Both the position numbers and the translations under genes were made by a program. Below are positions 25,209 to 34,593 of a stretch of 45,600 bases of DNA, in pieces. Location: contig CAWJSK010000010.1 of the NCBI GenBank assembly GCA_963845535.1, positions 1 through 45,600 of the forward strand, read 5' to 3'. How positions within the stretch are numbered: the stretch's first letter is position 1; each line of letters opens with the position of its first letter. The DNA is from an uncultured Spirochaetota bacterium (GTDB lineage Bacteria > Spirochaetota > Spirochaetia > SZUA-6 > Fen-1364). A model generated the notes under the pieces. It made no database searches and was not told the DNA's origin. It was given only the letters and a program-made list of their open reading frames with translations.

Positions 25209-26215
25209 GCACACGGGGTGTGATCCGGCTGGAGCACGGCAGCGGCGGAGCGCTCTCTCGAGACCTCGTGGAGTCAGTCATCTACCCGGCATTTGCTTCC
25301 GACGCCTACCCTGAGCTTTCGGACGCCAGCCCCCTTGCCCCCGGCTCCGAGCTTCTCCTGACCACGGACGGTTACGTTGTCGACCCTCCGTTCTTCCCGG
25401 GGGGCGATATCGGGAAGCTGTGCATCTTCGGCACGTGCAACGACCTCGCCGTATGCGGCGCGAGGCCCCTCTCCCTTTCCCTGGCAATCGTCGTCGAGGA
25501 AGGGTTCCCCGTGGCGCAGCTCGAGCGAGCGCTCGCTTCCGCGGCGGCAGCGGCGCGGGAGGCGCAGGCCCGGGTCGTCACGGGAGACACGAAGGTGGTG
25601 CCCCAGGGGAAAGGGGGTGGATTGTTCCTGACCACCGCGGGCGTCGGCACCCGCGTTTTCGCGCATCGGCTTTCTCCATCACGCGTGCAGACAGGGGATG
25701 CCGTCATCGTCTCAGGTCCGCTCGGCGCGCACGGGATCACCGTCATGGCGGCTCGGGAGTCGCTTCCCGTGGGGAATACGTTGAAAAGCGACGCTGCTTT
25801 CCTCTACCCGCTCACAAGCTCACTGTTTCCGCTGGGAGAATCGTTACGCTTCATGCGGGACGCGACCCGCGGAGGCGTGGCCGCGGTCCTCAACGAGGCT
25901 GCTCACGGCAACCCCTGGGGGATCGAAGTGGATGAGGATGCGTTCCCAGTGGACCAGGACGTCAGGGCGGTGTCAGACCTCCTTGGCCTGAACCCGCTTG
26001 AAATTGCCAACGAAGGGGTCTTTGTAGCCATAGTCGCGGAGCAGGCCGCGGAGACGGCCCTGAGCGCGCTGCGCTCGTTTGCGCAGGGCAAAAAAGCCGC
26101 GCGGGTGGGCACGGTCACCTCGCGGAACCCTGGAGCCGTGGTCATGCTCACAAGCATTGGCGGGAAGAGATTGATGGACTTTCCACGGGGCTTGCTGCTT
26201 CCCAGAATCTGTTAG
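25205..26215 (+). CDS. hypE: HypE
   Basis: HGSGG, FFPGGDIG, GDTKVV, RDATRGG, ANEG, C-terminal PRIC. Confidence 0.96.
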   Translation: MSTRGVIRLEHGSGGALSRDLVESVIYPAFASDAYPELSDASPLAPGSELLLTTDGYVVDPPFFPGGDIGKLCIFGTCNDLAVCGARPLSLSLAIVVEEGFPVAQLERALASAAAAAREAQARVVTGDTKVVPQGKGGGLFLTTAGVGTRVFAHRLSPSRVQTGDAVIVSGPLGAHGITVMAARESLPVGNTLKSDAAFLYPLTSSLFPLGESLRFMRDATRGGVAAVLNEAAHGNPWGIEVDEDAFPVDQDVRAVSDLLGLNPLEIANEGVFVAIVAEQAAETALSALRSFAQGKKAARVGTVTSRNPGAVVMLTSIGGKRLMDFPRGLLLPRIC

Positions 26216-26236
26216 GAGCGCGAGCCGCTCACTCTT

Positions 26237-26770
26237 TCAGCAGCACTCGTTCTTGTACTGGATGAGGGTCTTGACCTCGAAATCTCCCAAAGCCTTTTCG
26301 TAGTGCAGGAACGGCAGGCCAACCACGCCGAAAATCGAGGTCACCTGTGCGCCTCCCAGGGAAAGAAGCTGGGCCGCGGCGCGCAAGGTGCCGCCGGTGG
26401 CAATCAGGTCATCCACGAGAAGAAGCTTCTGCCCGGAGTGAAGGTCGCTCTTATGCACTTCAAGGACGTCCTCTCCGTACTCGAGGGTGAAAGCCACACG
26501 GTACGTTTCCCCCGGAAGCTTCCCCTTCTTGCGCAGCAGTATCAACGGCAGGCCGTGTTTGTGGGCATACGGCGCGGCAAAAATGAAGCCGCGCGATTCG
26601 ATGGCCGCCACCCCATCCACGGGGTGACCCTTGTAAAGCTCGGTCATGCGGTCGATGCAGTACGAGAACGCCTTGGGATCCACCAGGATGCCGGTGATAT
26701 CGTAGAAAAGAACGCCGGGCTTCGGGAAATCAGGAACCTTTCGGATGGCGGCGTCCAGAATATCATTCAC
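26237..26770 (-). CDS. apt: Adenine phosphoribosyltransferase
   Basis: PDFPKPGVLFYDI, ESRGF, RKKGKLP, LEYG, VDDLIATGGT. Confidence 0.96.
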   Translation of the reverse strand: MNDILDAAIRKVPDFPKPGVLFYDITGILVDPKAFSYCIDRMTELYKGHPVDGVAAIESRGFIFAAPYAHKHGLPLILLRKKGKLPGETYRVAFTLEYGEDVLEVHKSDLHSGQKLLLVDDLIATGGTLRAAAQLLSLGGAQVTSIFGVVGLPFLHYEKALGDFEVKTLIQYKNECC

Positions 26771-27206
26771 GAGCGCTCCTCACTTCCTGGAAAAACCCCG
26801 CAAGCTTCCTGGCCCAGTCGCTGACGTCCGCGGTTTTGTCCGGCTTGTCATGCGAGAAAAGCGGGTCTTCCTCGAACAAGGCGACTTCGGTGTCCTTGAG
26901 CGACTTTTTGATCTTTGCGGAAGCTTTTTCCGTCCCCACGGAGAACACGCCAGCGGCCCTGCCAGCCAGGGTCACGCCCTTGAACACGCGCAGGAGCTCG
27001 GAGTACTCCGGCGGCACTTCGGCGCCTCCGGACTTCTGGAGGCCGAAAATGACGACATCCGCCGCGGCAACGTCCACAATAGAGGTCTCATCCGCTTTTT
27101 TCAGCGTCGTTTTGAATCTTCCCTCATTGAATGCTGCGCGCACGTACTCCGCCACCTTGCGGGTTTCCGCGGAATCTGGCGCCCAGAGAATCAGAACGTT
27201 GTACAT
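26763..27206 (-). CDS. Flavodoxin-fold hypothetical protein
   Basis: 147 aa from ATG 27206 with AGGAG RBS; VLILW..ETRKVAEYV..ADVVIFG..LAGRAAGVFS pattern. Confidence 0.65.
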   Translation of the reverse strand: MYNVLILWAPDSAETRKVAEYVRAAFNEGRFKTTLKKADETSIVDVAAADVVIFGLQKSGGAEVPPEYSELLRVFKGVTLAGRAAGVFSVGTEKASAKIKKSLKDTEVALFEEDPLFSHDKPDKTADVSDWARKLAGFFQEVRSARE

Positions 27207-27225
27207 GCACTGCTCCTGCAGAAGA

Positions 27226-27254
27226 AGTCTACTCGCAGGAGTATGTGTTGTCAA
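27226..27254 (-). promoter_or_regulatory. Sigma70 promoter for flavodoxin-like gene/apt
   Basis: TTGACA-17 nt-TAGACT. Confidence 0.6.
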
Positions 27255-27373
27255 ATAAAACGGCGTTGCGCTTCCGCGCCAGCCGTTTGGCGCTGGCCGT
27301 CGGGCTTGATGGCGTTTTTGCAACCTGGGGAAAACGCAAAATTCGCAAGTAGTTGGAGATATCACGCCTCACA

Positions 27374-27428
27374 CCTATCGAAAACGCATTTTTCCCAAGT
27401 TGCTTGCGAAAATTGCGTTTTCGATAGG
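27374..27428. repeat. 55-bp imperfect inverted repeat (REP/MITE-like)
   Basis: CCTATCGAAAACGCA ... TGCGTTTTCGATAGG, with a related copy at ~27330-27359. Confidence 0.6.
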
Positions 27429-27484
27429 TCCGAGAGCCTTCTCTTGGCTTTTTTCAGGCCCTCAAGCTCGGCGCGGCCCTAGCA

Positions 27485-27508
27485 CGGCGCAGCCGCGCGG
27501 CTGCGCCG
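27485..27508. repeat. Perfect 24-bp GC-rich palindrome downstream of tsaD
   Basis: CGGCGCAGCCGCGCGGCTGCGCCG equals its own reverse complement. Confidence 0.6.
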
Positions 27509-27524
27509 CGCTACTCATCCCTGG

Positions 27525-28538
27525 CTAGGGATAGGCTCTCTTGAAAACGGGTACGCGGGCTTCGGCGTTCAGGGAAAAATCCGAGACAGCCCCGTCACGA
27601 AGGAGGTGGTAGCCAAGGCCGGCAACCATGGCGGCGTTGTCCGTGCACAGCCCGAGGCTCGGGAAAATGACCTCGAGGCCCTTTTCCGCGGCCATTCGCT
27701 CGCGCAGGTAGCTGTTTGCCGCCACGCCGCCGCCAGCCACGACCCGGCGCAGGCCGGTGTCCGTTGCAGCCGCCAGAGCCCTGTCCACAAGTATGTCGAT
27801 GGCGGCGCGCTGGAAGGATGCGGCGATATTGGCCAGGCTCTTCTCTGCCTTCCCGTTCCAGAACTGGTCGGTCTGATGAATCACCGCCGTCTTCAAACCT
27901 GAATAGGAGACGTCGTAGTACGCCTCCCCCTTGTTGAGGACCGGGTGGGGAAAACGGAAAGCGCGAGGATCCCCGGTTCTGGCCAGCTTGTCGATGGCAA
28001 CGCCTCCGGGGAAGCCTATGCCATAGTGCTTGGCCACTTTGTCGAACGCCTCACCGCATGCGTCATCGATGGTGGTGCCAAGGACCAGCATCCGGTCATG
28101 GCGATCCACCCTTGCGATGATCGTGTGTCCTCCTGATACCAGGACGCCGATGAAGGGGTAGTTGATCTCTCGTTCCAGTTGAGGGGCGTACAGATGGGCA
28201 AGGATGTGATCCACGCCGATCAGCGGCTTTCCAAGGGCCCACGCAAGCCCTTTTGCGAAGGACAGCCCGACAAGGAGGGACCCGATGAGCCCCGGACGGT
28301 ACGTCACCGCCACTGCATCCACGTCAGCGGCGGCCACGCCCGCCGTTGACAACGCGTCCTGCACGACGGGGCTGATCCATTCCACGTGCTTGCGGGAAGC
28401 TATCTCCGGGACTACGCCGTAATATGGCTTATGAAAATCGATCTGGCTCAGGACGAGGTTGCTCAGGATCCGCCGGCCGTCTTCGACAACCGCAGCGGAA
28501 CATTCGTCGCATGAGCTTTCGATGCCAAGGATCCTCAA
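27525..28538 (-). CDS. tsaD: tRNA N6-adenosine threonylcarbamoyltransferase TsaD
   Basis: LGIESSCDE, GGVVPE-like YGVVPEIASRKH, HILAH, VSGGHT, DDACGEAFDK, SYSGLKT, GGVAAN, CTDNAAM. Confidence 0.97.
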   Translation of the reverse strand: MRILGIESSCDECSAAVVEDGRRILSNLVLSQIDFHKPYYGVVPEIASRKHVEWISPVVQDALSTAGVAAADVDAVAVTYRPGLIGSLLVGLSFAKGLAWALGKPLIGVDHILAHLYAPQLEREINYPFIGVLVSGGHTIIARVDRHDRMLVLGTTIDDACGEAFDKVAKHYGIGFPGGVAIDKLARTGDPRAFRFPHPVLNKGEAYYDVSYSGLKTAVIHQTDQFWNGKAEKSLANIAASFQRAAIDILVDRALAAATDTGLRRVVAGGGVAANSYLRERMAAEKGLEVIFPSLGLCTDNAAMVAGLGYHLLRDGAVSDFSLNAEARVPVFKRAYP

Positions 28539-29508
28539 AAACTACGCGCTCCCATGCGGGCCCTGTCACGCTGCGCGACCCGGGTCTCGCTCATGATTTC
28601 CTCCAGGCGTGCCATGCGGACTCCGTTGTCCGCCAGCTCTTTCTGCCCCGCGCGCAGTATATCGAGCACCGCCTTGTTCTGTACATGCCCGATCAGGACC
28701 GCCGTGCCCTGCGCGCGTGCCTGACGGATCCCTACGTTGAAAGCGTCGGCCACGGCTTTCTCATCGCGCTCATCGTCGATGAACAGGTTTCTCTGGAGGA
28801 AGGGAACGCCGAGCCTCGAAGCAATGGACGGCGCGACGGTGAGAGCGGTGGTCCTGCTGTCCACGAAGAACAATCCCTGGCGTTTGGCGTAGCTCAGGAC
28901 GGCCTCCATCAGCGCCGGATCAGCCGTGGCGCGTGACCCCATGTGGTTGTTCATTCCGCGTGCTCCCGGGACCGAGGCGAAATCCGCCGCAAGGAGCCGG
29001 TCAATTTCAGCTTCGGACATTCCCACCCGGAGCGCGCCCGGACCGGGGTCCTCCCCCCCGTCAGCTTCCATGGGGCAGTGGAGGATCAGGTCTTTTCCCG
29101 CTGCAAGGACGCGCCGAGCCGCCTCCGCGCTGTGGGGCAGATTGGGAAGAACGGCAACGGTAAGCGGACCCGGGAGGTCAAGAAAAGGCTGAAGCTCCTG
29201 GAGGCTGTAACCCGCGTCATCGAGGATGACGGCGAGCATTGCCTGCGGCTCGACATGCGCGGGCGGCGCCACAGGTGGCAGGCTCACGTTCAGCCGGGTT
29301 CGGGGCGGCGGGTCTCGCGATTGGGCCTTTCTGGACGTGCGCTGGCCTCCGGGCCCGTACGGGCTGAAACCGAAGGCGCAGGCGGTCTGGGCGCGCCGGG
29401 CGGACATGCCACGAGCACCGCCATGACCGCCGCAACGGCGAGGGTGACTACTACGGCTGTGATCCTGAGCCGGGAAGCTTTCGGGGAGCGCTTGGTACAA
29501 GGTCGCAT
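28535..29508 (-). CDS. Divergent polysaccharide deacetylase family protein (YibQ-like); apparent N-terminal frameshift
   Basis: LAVILDDAG, ILHCPME, GMNNHMGS, FFVDSRT, RNLFID, LIGH. The membrane anchor/lipobox lies in another frame (29290-29508). Confidence 0.8.
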
Positions 29509-29524
29509 GCGCTACCTTGGAACG

Positions 29525-30370
29525 TCAGTTGTAGACATACTCCTTCAGCTCTTCGGAGAAGCTCCTGAGTTTCTTGAGCGCCCGAATCTCGATTTGTCTC
29601 ACTGTCTCCGGAGATATGCCCAGCTCATCGCCTATCGTCTTCAACGTATGCCGCCTTCCGCTGACGAAGGAGAACCTGTAGAGGAGGATGCGGCGCTCTT
29701 TCTCCTGGAGCCCGTCGAGGAACTTCAGCGTGTCCTCACGCAGCGTCTTCCTCATCAACTCGCGGTCCGGATCGAAGGAAAGATCCTCCACCATGTCGTG
29801 GAGGCAGCCGGAATCCGGGGACACCGAGGAGTCCAGCGACGCCACGGAGCTGGATGAGTTGATGATGGAAGCCACCTCCTCTTCCTCCAGCCCTATCTCC
29901 TCCGCAATCTCGACGAGGGTCGGTTCGCGCATGAGCACCTGGGAAAGGTTGTTGTACACCTTGTTGATCTTGCGAAGCTTTTCTTCCTGCCGGTGCGGGA
30001 GGCGGATCACCCGCTTCTTGTTGGACAGCGAGCGCACAATGGATTGCTTGATCCACCACGAAGCGTACGTGCTGAACCTGACTTTCTTCCTGAAATCGTA
30101 CTTGGACACGGCCCTCATGAGCCCGATGTTCCCTTCCTGGATCAAGTCCAGGATCGATACCTCAGGGGTCAGGTAATTCTTGGCAATGCGCACAACAAGA
30201 CGGAGGTTCGATTCGATAAGGATCCGGCGGGCCTGCTCGTCCCCTTTCTGAATCCGTCTGGAAAGATCCAGCTCCTCTTCGAAGCTCAGGAGCCGGGCCT
30301 TCTTGATCTGGGCGAAATATGCTTTGAGGTTGTCCTCAAAAGAAGATGATACCTCCCGTTTCTTGCTCAT
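29525..30370 (-). CDS. Sigma-70 family factor (RpoD/SigA-like, lacking region 1.1)
   Basis: SNLRLVVRIAK, DLIQEGNIGL, RFSTYASWWIKQ, ETVRQIE; ATG 30370 with AGGAG RBS. Confidence 0.92.
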   Translation of the reverse strand: MSKKREVSSSFEDNLKAYFAQIKKARLLSFEEELDLSRRIQKGDEQARRILIESNLRLVVRIAKNYLTPEVSILDLIQEGNIGLMRAVSKYDFRKKVRFSTYASWWIKQSIVRSLSNKKRVIRLPHRQEEKLRKINKVYNNLSQVLMREPTLVEIAEEIGLEEEEVASIINSSSSVASLDSSVSPDSGCLHDMVEDLSFDPDRELMRKTLREDTLKFLDGLQEKERRILLYRFSFVSGRRHTLKTIGDELGISPETVRQIEIRALKKLRSFSEELKEYVYN

Positions 30371-30526
30371 AGCCGTCTCCTGGCCCATAAATAAGCAAGT
30401 AGCGTGCCAAGACGTTGTTGAGGTTCGAAAGCGTAAGTTTTTATCCAATAAGGATTTAGTCTATTGAAGCCATCCAGAGGGCTACTCACGGGTCTTTTGT
30501 ACGATTTCTAGTACAATCCGTCCGTA

Positions 30527-30835
30527 TTATTTTGATGATACTTGCCGATAAATCGTTTCCGCAAGGCCGAATCCCGCGGTCTGCGCCATCTTTTTCGCGT
30601 ACTCATCGTACAGCATGCCTTCGAACACGTCCTGTGAGAGGCCTCCCCCCAGAAGGTCGTTCTCTTTGTGCACGGTCTTTCGCATGACGTCGAGCATCTG
30701 CTTGATGAAGAGCGACTCGAAATCCTGGCAAGCCTGGTACAGCTTGCTGTGCTTGTCGATTACCGGGCGCTTGGGCCGGGCAGAATCCAGGGGATAGGTA
30801 TGGGCGTTCGCCAGGTTGACCGATTGCATTTTCAT
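30527..30835 (-). CDS. flgJ: Single-domain rod-binding protein FlgJ
   Basis: ACQDFESLFIKQMLDVMRKT...MLYDEYA...FGLAETIYRQ. Confidence 0.88.
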   Translation of the reverse strand: MKMQSVNLANAHTYPLDSARPKRPVIDKHSKLYQACQDFESLFIKQMLDVMRKTVHKENDLLGGGLSQDVFEGMLYDEYAKKMAQTAGFGLAETIYRQVSSK

Positions 30836-30841
30836 CCCTCG

Positions 30842-31855
30842 CTAATTGACCACAAGCGTGCCGAAAAGCGCGCCCGCCTTGTCGACGGCTTCAAGGACCC
30901 CAATGACCACGTCAGCCTTGAGCCCTACGTTCTTGAGAGCGGAAACAAAATCATCCACCGTTGTCGTGTCCCCGATCACGAACACGTCTGAATTGTTCGC
31001 GGCGCCGCTCGGGGCAGCGCCAACGGTCACGCGCGTGGAGCGATAGGACACGGCCACCTTTCCGATCCGGACTTTATCTCCCATGACGATGACGCCGCTT
31101 TGCGAGTCGATCACGACGCGGCCCACCGAGTCCGGGGTGACCGTGAGCGCCTCAAGCTGCGCAAGGAAGCCCACCGGGTCCGCCTGGCTGGCCTGGGGGA
31201 TCTGAACCTCGATGAGGGAGGGATCCCGGCTTGTCACTGTTATGCCGCTGAATGCGGCGCTGATTGCTTTCTGGACAGCGCTTGCCGTGACAAAGTCAGG
31301 GTTGCGCAGGAGTATGGACACCCTGTTATTGGCCTGGAACTGGGAGACCACGTCCCTTTCCACGATGGCTCCCTGCGTAACGGTCCCCACGGTCTTTGCG
31401 GCAGCGGCGTCGAGGGGCGTTGTCACCCGACCCTGGGCAACCGCGTACACCTGGCCGTTGGCGGCCTGGAGGTTCGTCTGCAGGAGAACGCCGCCGTCGA
31501 GGTTGCGCGCGTCACCAATGCTCGAGACCACCACGTCGATGCGGTCCCCCGAGCGGGCGAATGCGGGAAGCTCCCCGCTTACCATCACCACCGCCGCGTT
31601 CTTGCTCCGCACGTCCTGAGGCGAAAGCGAGATCCCGAAGCTTGAGACAAGAGAGGAGACCGTCGAGCGAAGGAGGGGCGCGCTCGACGAGTCTCCTTGT
31701 CCATTGAGACCGCTTACCAACCCGAGCCCAAGCACCTGGTTTGCCCGCACACCCTGGATGGAGGCGATGTCCTTGATTCTGACCACCGGCGCCGCTGATA
31801 CGGCGACCGCCGCCAGCATCAGGACCCAGACGGCCCAAGCCTTACGGAAGCTCAA
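30842..31855 (-). CDS. flgI: Flagellar P-ring protein FlgI
   Basis: RIKDIA, NQVLGLGLVSGLNGQGD, KNAAVVMV, VSSIGDARNLDGGVL, VYAVAQG. Confidence 0.95.
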   Translation of the reverse strand: MSFRKAWAVWVLMLAAVAVSAAPVVRIKDIASIQGVRANQVLGLGLVSGLNGQGDSSSAPLLRSTVSSLVSSFGISLSPQDVRSKNAAVVMVSGELPAFARSGDRIDVVVSSIGDARNLDGGVLLQTNLQAANGQVYAVAQGRVTTPLDAAAAKTVGTVTQGAIVERDVVSQFQANNRVSILLRNPDFVTASAVQKAISAAFSGITVTSRDPSLIEVQIPQASQADPVGFLAQLEALTVTPDSVGRVVIDSQSGVIVMGDKVRIGKVAVSYRSTRVTVGAAPSGAANNSDVFVIGDTTTVDDFVSALKNVGLKADVVIGVLEAVDKAGALFGTLVVN

Positions 31856-32609
31856 CGTCCACCGCCTTCCCTTCGAGGAGCCTGCCGGTGAAGCTCTTCT
31901 GACTGTCGGCTGCCAACACGCTCACGGTCTGGCCCACTGCCGCCGAGGCCAGGGCCCGGCCGGGCATCTCGATCGTAATGGGGCCTTTATGGAAGATCAC
32001 GCGCACCGTATCACTCGGCCGCACGTCCGCGGAGGAAGCCCGCGCGTCCTCCTTCAGCGCCAGGATGACCCTGCCGCTTGCCTGGCCCGCGCCGCTTGAG
32101 GCGCTGAAGGAGGCTTCGACAGAGCCGTGTGAGGACCGCACGAGCTGGAACGTCGGCACGACGTCCGGCGGCAAGGTCCCCGTGAGCTGGACTGACCTCA
32201 CCTCGATGTCGGCCACGTCGGCGCCGAGCACGCCGGCATCGGTGAGAAAATCCACAAGCCGGTCCAGGAGCGGTATCTCGCTGTCCGGGAGCGTTCCGCG
32301 CGGGATTACGAGGCTTCGCGACCCCACGAAAATCGAGTCGCGTCCGAATGCGCCCTCCACGCGGTCCATGTACGTTTGCGACGGTACGTAGAGAATTCGA
32401 TTGGAGACCGAAGCGATGTCCTGGGCCAGCGTCTCTCCCGCGGCAAGCGGAGCATCGCCCAGGGAGTGCACGAGGTCCCCGAGCCGTATGTCGCCCGGGT
32501 CAGCAACCAGAACGCGCTGAATGTAGACGGTGACTCCTCGCGCCAGGGCCCTCGGGACCACCGCCATGAGGAGCAATCCCAACGCGAGGAAAACCGCCGC
32601 CCGCCTCAT
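31842..32609 (-). CDS. flgA: FlgA-like P-ring assembly chaperone
   Basis: Signal peptide; C-terminal VRPSDTV..ITIEMPGRAL..AAVGQTV; lies between flgG and flgI. Confidence 0.7.
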   Translation of the reverse strand: MRRAAVFLALGLLLMAVVPRALARGVTVYIQRVLVADPGDIRLGDLVHSLGDAPLAAGETLAQDIASVSNRILYVPSQTYMDRVEGAFGRDSIFVGSRSLVIPRGTLPDSEIPLLDRLVDFLTDAGVLGADVADIEVRSVQLTGTLPPDVVPTFQLVRSSHGSVEASFSASSGAGQASGRVILALKEDARASSADVRPSDTVRVIFHKGPITIEMPGRALASAAVGQTVSVLAADSQKSFTGRLLEGKAVDVELP

Positions 32610-32618
32610 CTGCCAACG

Positions 32619-33413
32619 CTACCTCTTGAGTGACGTGGCCGTTGCCAGCATGGAGTCAGAAGTCTGGATTGCCCTGCTGTTCAGCTCGTATGCCCTCTGC
32701 GCTACGATCATGTTTACCATTTCCCTGACAACCGAAACGTTGGACATCTCGAGGAACCGCTGCAGGGTCTTTCCCATCCCGTCGAAGCCGGGCCGGCCGG
32801 GGATGGGGTCACCGGAGGCGTTGGTGACCTTCATGAGATTCTCTCCGATCGACTCGAGCCCTGCCGGGTTGACGAAGCGGTAGATCTCAAGCTGTCCGAC
32901 CTCCACCGGGTCATCGCTGCCCGCAACTTTCACCGTGATCCTGCCGTCCTGGGAGATGGTCAGGCTGTCGTTCTGGAAGCCCTGGGGAAGCACGACCTCC
33001 GGGAGGAGCTTGTATCCGTCGGAGGTGACGAGCTGCCCGTTGGAGTCGATCTTGAAGGACCCGTCTCGCGTATATCCGTAGGTCCCGTCATATTGCAGCA
33101 CGCGGAAAAACCCGTCCCCTTCAATGGCCATGTCAGACGGGTTACCGGTCGACTGCAGCGCGCCCTGCGTGAAAATCTTCTGCGTTGCCGCGGGGCGCAC
33201 CCCGTGGCCCACCTGGACTCCCGTGGGCACCACGGTAGCCTCCGTGGCCGGCGTGCCTGCAAGGCGCTCGGTCTGGTAGAGCAGGTCCTCGAAATCAGGC
33301 CGCATCATCTTGAAGCCCGTGGTGTTCACGTTGGCCAGGTTGTTGGAAATCGTGTCAATGTTGAACTGCTGGCCGGTCATTCCCGAGGCTGCCGTCCACA
33401 GGGATCGCATCAT
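32619..33413 (-). CDS. flgG: Flagellar distal rod protein FlgG
   Basis: SLWTAASGM, SNNLANVNTTGFK, FEDLLYQ, YTRDGSF, LEMSNV, AQRAYELNS. Confidence 0.96.
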   Translation of the reverse strand: MMRSLWTAASGMTGQQFNIDTISNNLANVNTTGFKMMRPDFEDLLYQTERLAGTPATEATVVPTGVQVGHGVRPAATQKIFTQGALQSTGNPSDMAIEGDGFFRVLQYDGTYGYTRDGSFKIDSNGQLVTSDGYKLLPEVVLPQGFQNDSLTISQDGRITVKVAGSDDPVEVGQLEIYRFVNPAGLESIGENLMKVTNASGDPIPGRPGFDGMGKTLQRFLEMSNVSVVREMVNMIVAQRAYELNSRAIQTSDSMLATATSLKR

Positions 33414-34258
33414 ACTCTCACCACCTCATTCCAAAGCTTGCCGATCATGGAGTCTTCCGTCTGCACCGTGCGCTGGTTCGCGTCATAGGCGCGGTTCACC
33501 TCGATCATCTCCACCATCTCGGTGACGGGGTTCACGTTCGCGCCTTCCAGGAACCCCTGGCGCACCTTGGGCCTCGAGTCCGGGCCAATGATCTCATCCG
33601 GCCCCGATTCGTCGGTCGTCTTCCAGTATGAGTTTCCCTGTTTCTGCAGGTAACGTTTTCGGGTCACGTCCACCAGGCGGAGCCGGTCCACCTTCTCGAT
33701 GTTCTCCCACTGGTTCTCCTGCTGGGAGACAAGGCGCTTGTCGTCCGCGGCGAACGTGGCGTTCTGCCACACCGTGCCGTCCTGGTCCACGACGAAGTTG
33801 TTCTTCTTCAGCTTGATGGGGCCGTTCTCACCAAGGACGAAGTCCCCGCTCTTGGTGACGAGGTAGCCGTCCTTGTTCAGGACGAACGCGCCGTTGCGCG
33901 TGAGCCGCTCCCCCTGCGGGGTCTGGACCGTGAAGAAGCCGTCCCCTTCGAGGGCCATGTCGAAGTCGTTCTCCGTCTGCTTCATGGCCCCTTGCGCGAA
34001 ATTCGTGTAGACCTCGTTCGTCTCCACTCCCGTGCCAATGGTGCCCACGATCGGAGCGGAGTCCACGGAGCCCATGGGGAACTTGTAGACCGCGTCGTCG
34101 TTCATCCGCCGCATCAGCATCTCGGGGAAAGCCTTCTCGATGGCGGTGTCCTTCTTGTAGCCGTTGAGATCCACATTGGCGAGATTGTTGGCAATCTCGT
34201 CCATGCGGTTCATCTGGACGACCATCCCGCTTGCGCCCGTGTACAGCCCACGAACCAC
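33410..34258 (-). CDS. flgF: Flagellar rod protein FlgF/FlgG family
   Basis: GLYTGASGM, ANNLAN, LTRNGAF, QGFLEGANVNPV; immediately upstream of flgG. Confidence 0.85.
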   Translation of the reverse strand: MVRGLYTGASGMVVQMNRMDEIANNLANVDLNGYKKDTAIEKAFPEMLMRRMNDDAVYKFPMGSVDSAPIVGTIGTGVETNEVYTNFAQGAMKQTENDFDMALEGDGFFTVQTPQGERLTRNGAFVLNKDGYLVTKSGDFVLGENGPIKLKKNNFVVDQDGTVWQNATFAADDKRLVSQQENQWENIEKVDRLRLVDVTRKRYLQKQGNSYWKTTDESGPDEIIGPDSRPKVRQGFLEGANVNPVTEMVEMIEVNRAYDANQRTVQTEDSMIGKLWNEVVRV

Positions 34259-34348
34259 GCTGAACCTCCTGGAGCGCCTCTCCGCTTCTCTCCCTCATTA
34301 TCGGAAGGCAGCAGCGGTCCTTGACAAGAGAAACCCCGCGCTCACCCA

Positions 34349-34377
34349 TTGCCATTTCGAGCGCGTTTCTGTATGCT
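34349..34377 (+). promoter_or_regulatory. Sigma70 promoter for tRNA-Thr
   Basis: TTGCCA-17 nt-TATGCT ending 10 bp before the tRNA. Confidence 0.55.
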
Positions 34378-34386
34378 GCACGGCAC

Positions 34387-34459
34387 GCCAAGATAGCTCA
34401 GCTGGTAGAGCAGCGCACTCGTAATGCGCAGGTCCTGGGTTCGATTCCCAGTCTTGGCT
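34387..34459 (+). tRNA. tRNA-Thr (anticodon CGT)
   Basis: GCCAAGATAGCTCAGCTGGTAGAGCAGCGCACTCGTAATGCGCAGGTCCTGGGTTCGATTCCCAGTCTTGGCT. Confidence 0.97.
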
Positions 34460-34593
34460 GTAGCCATGGATGGCGGAAGGGCGCCGAGCACAGGGATGTG
34501 CGGAAGGCGCCCTATAGCACGGCCTTTAGGCCGTGCGGCAGGGGCGCAGAAATTTCTCTCGACATGGAAAACTCCCCATGATATTGTGTTGGC

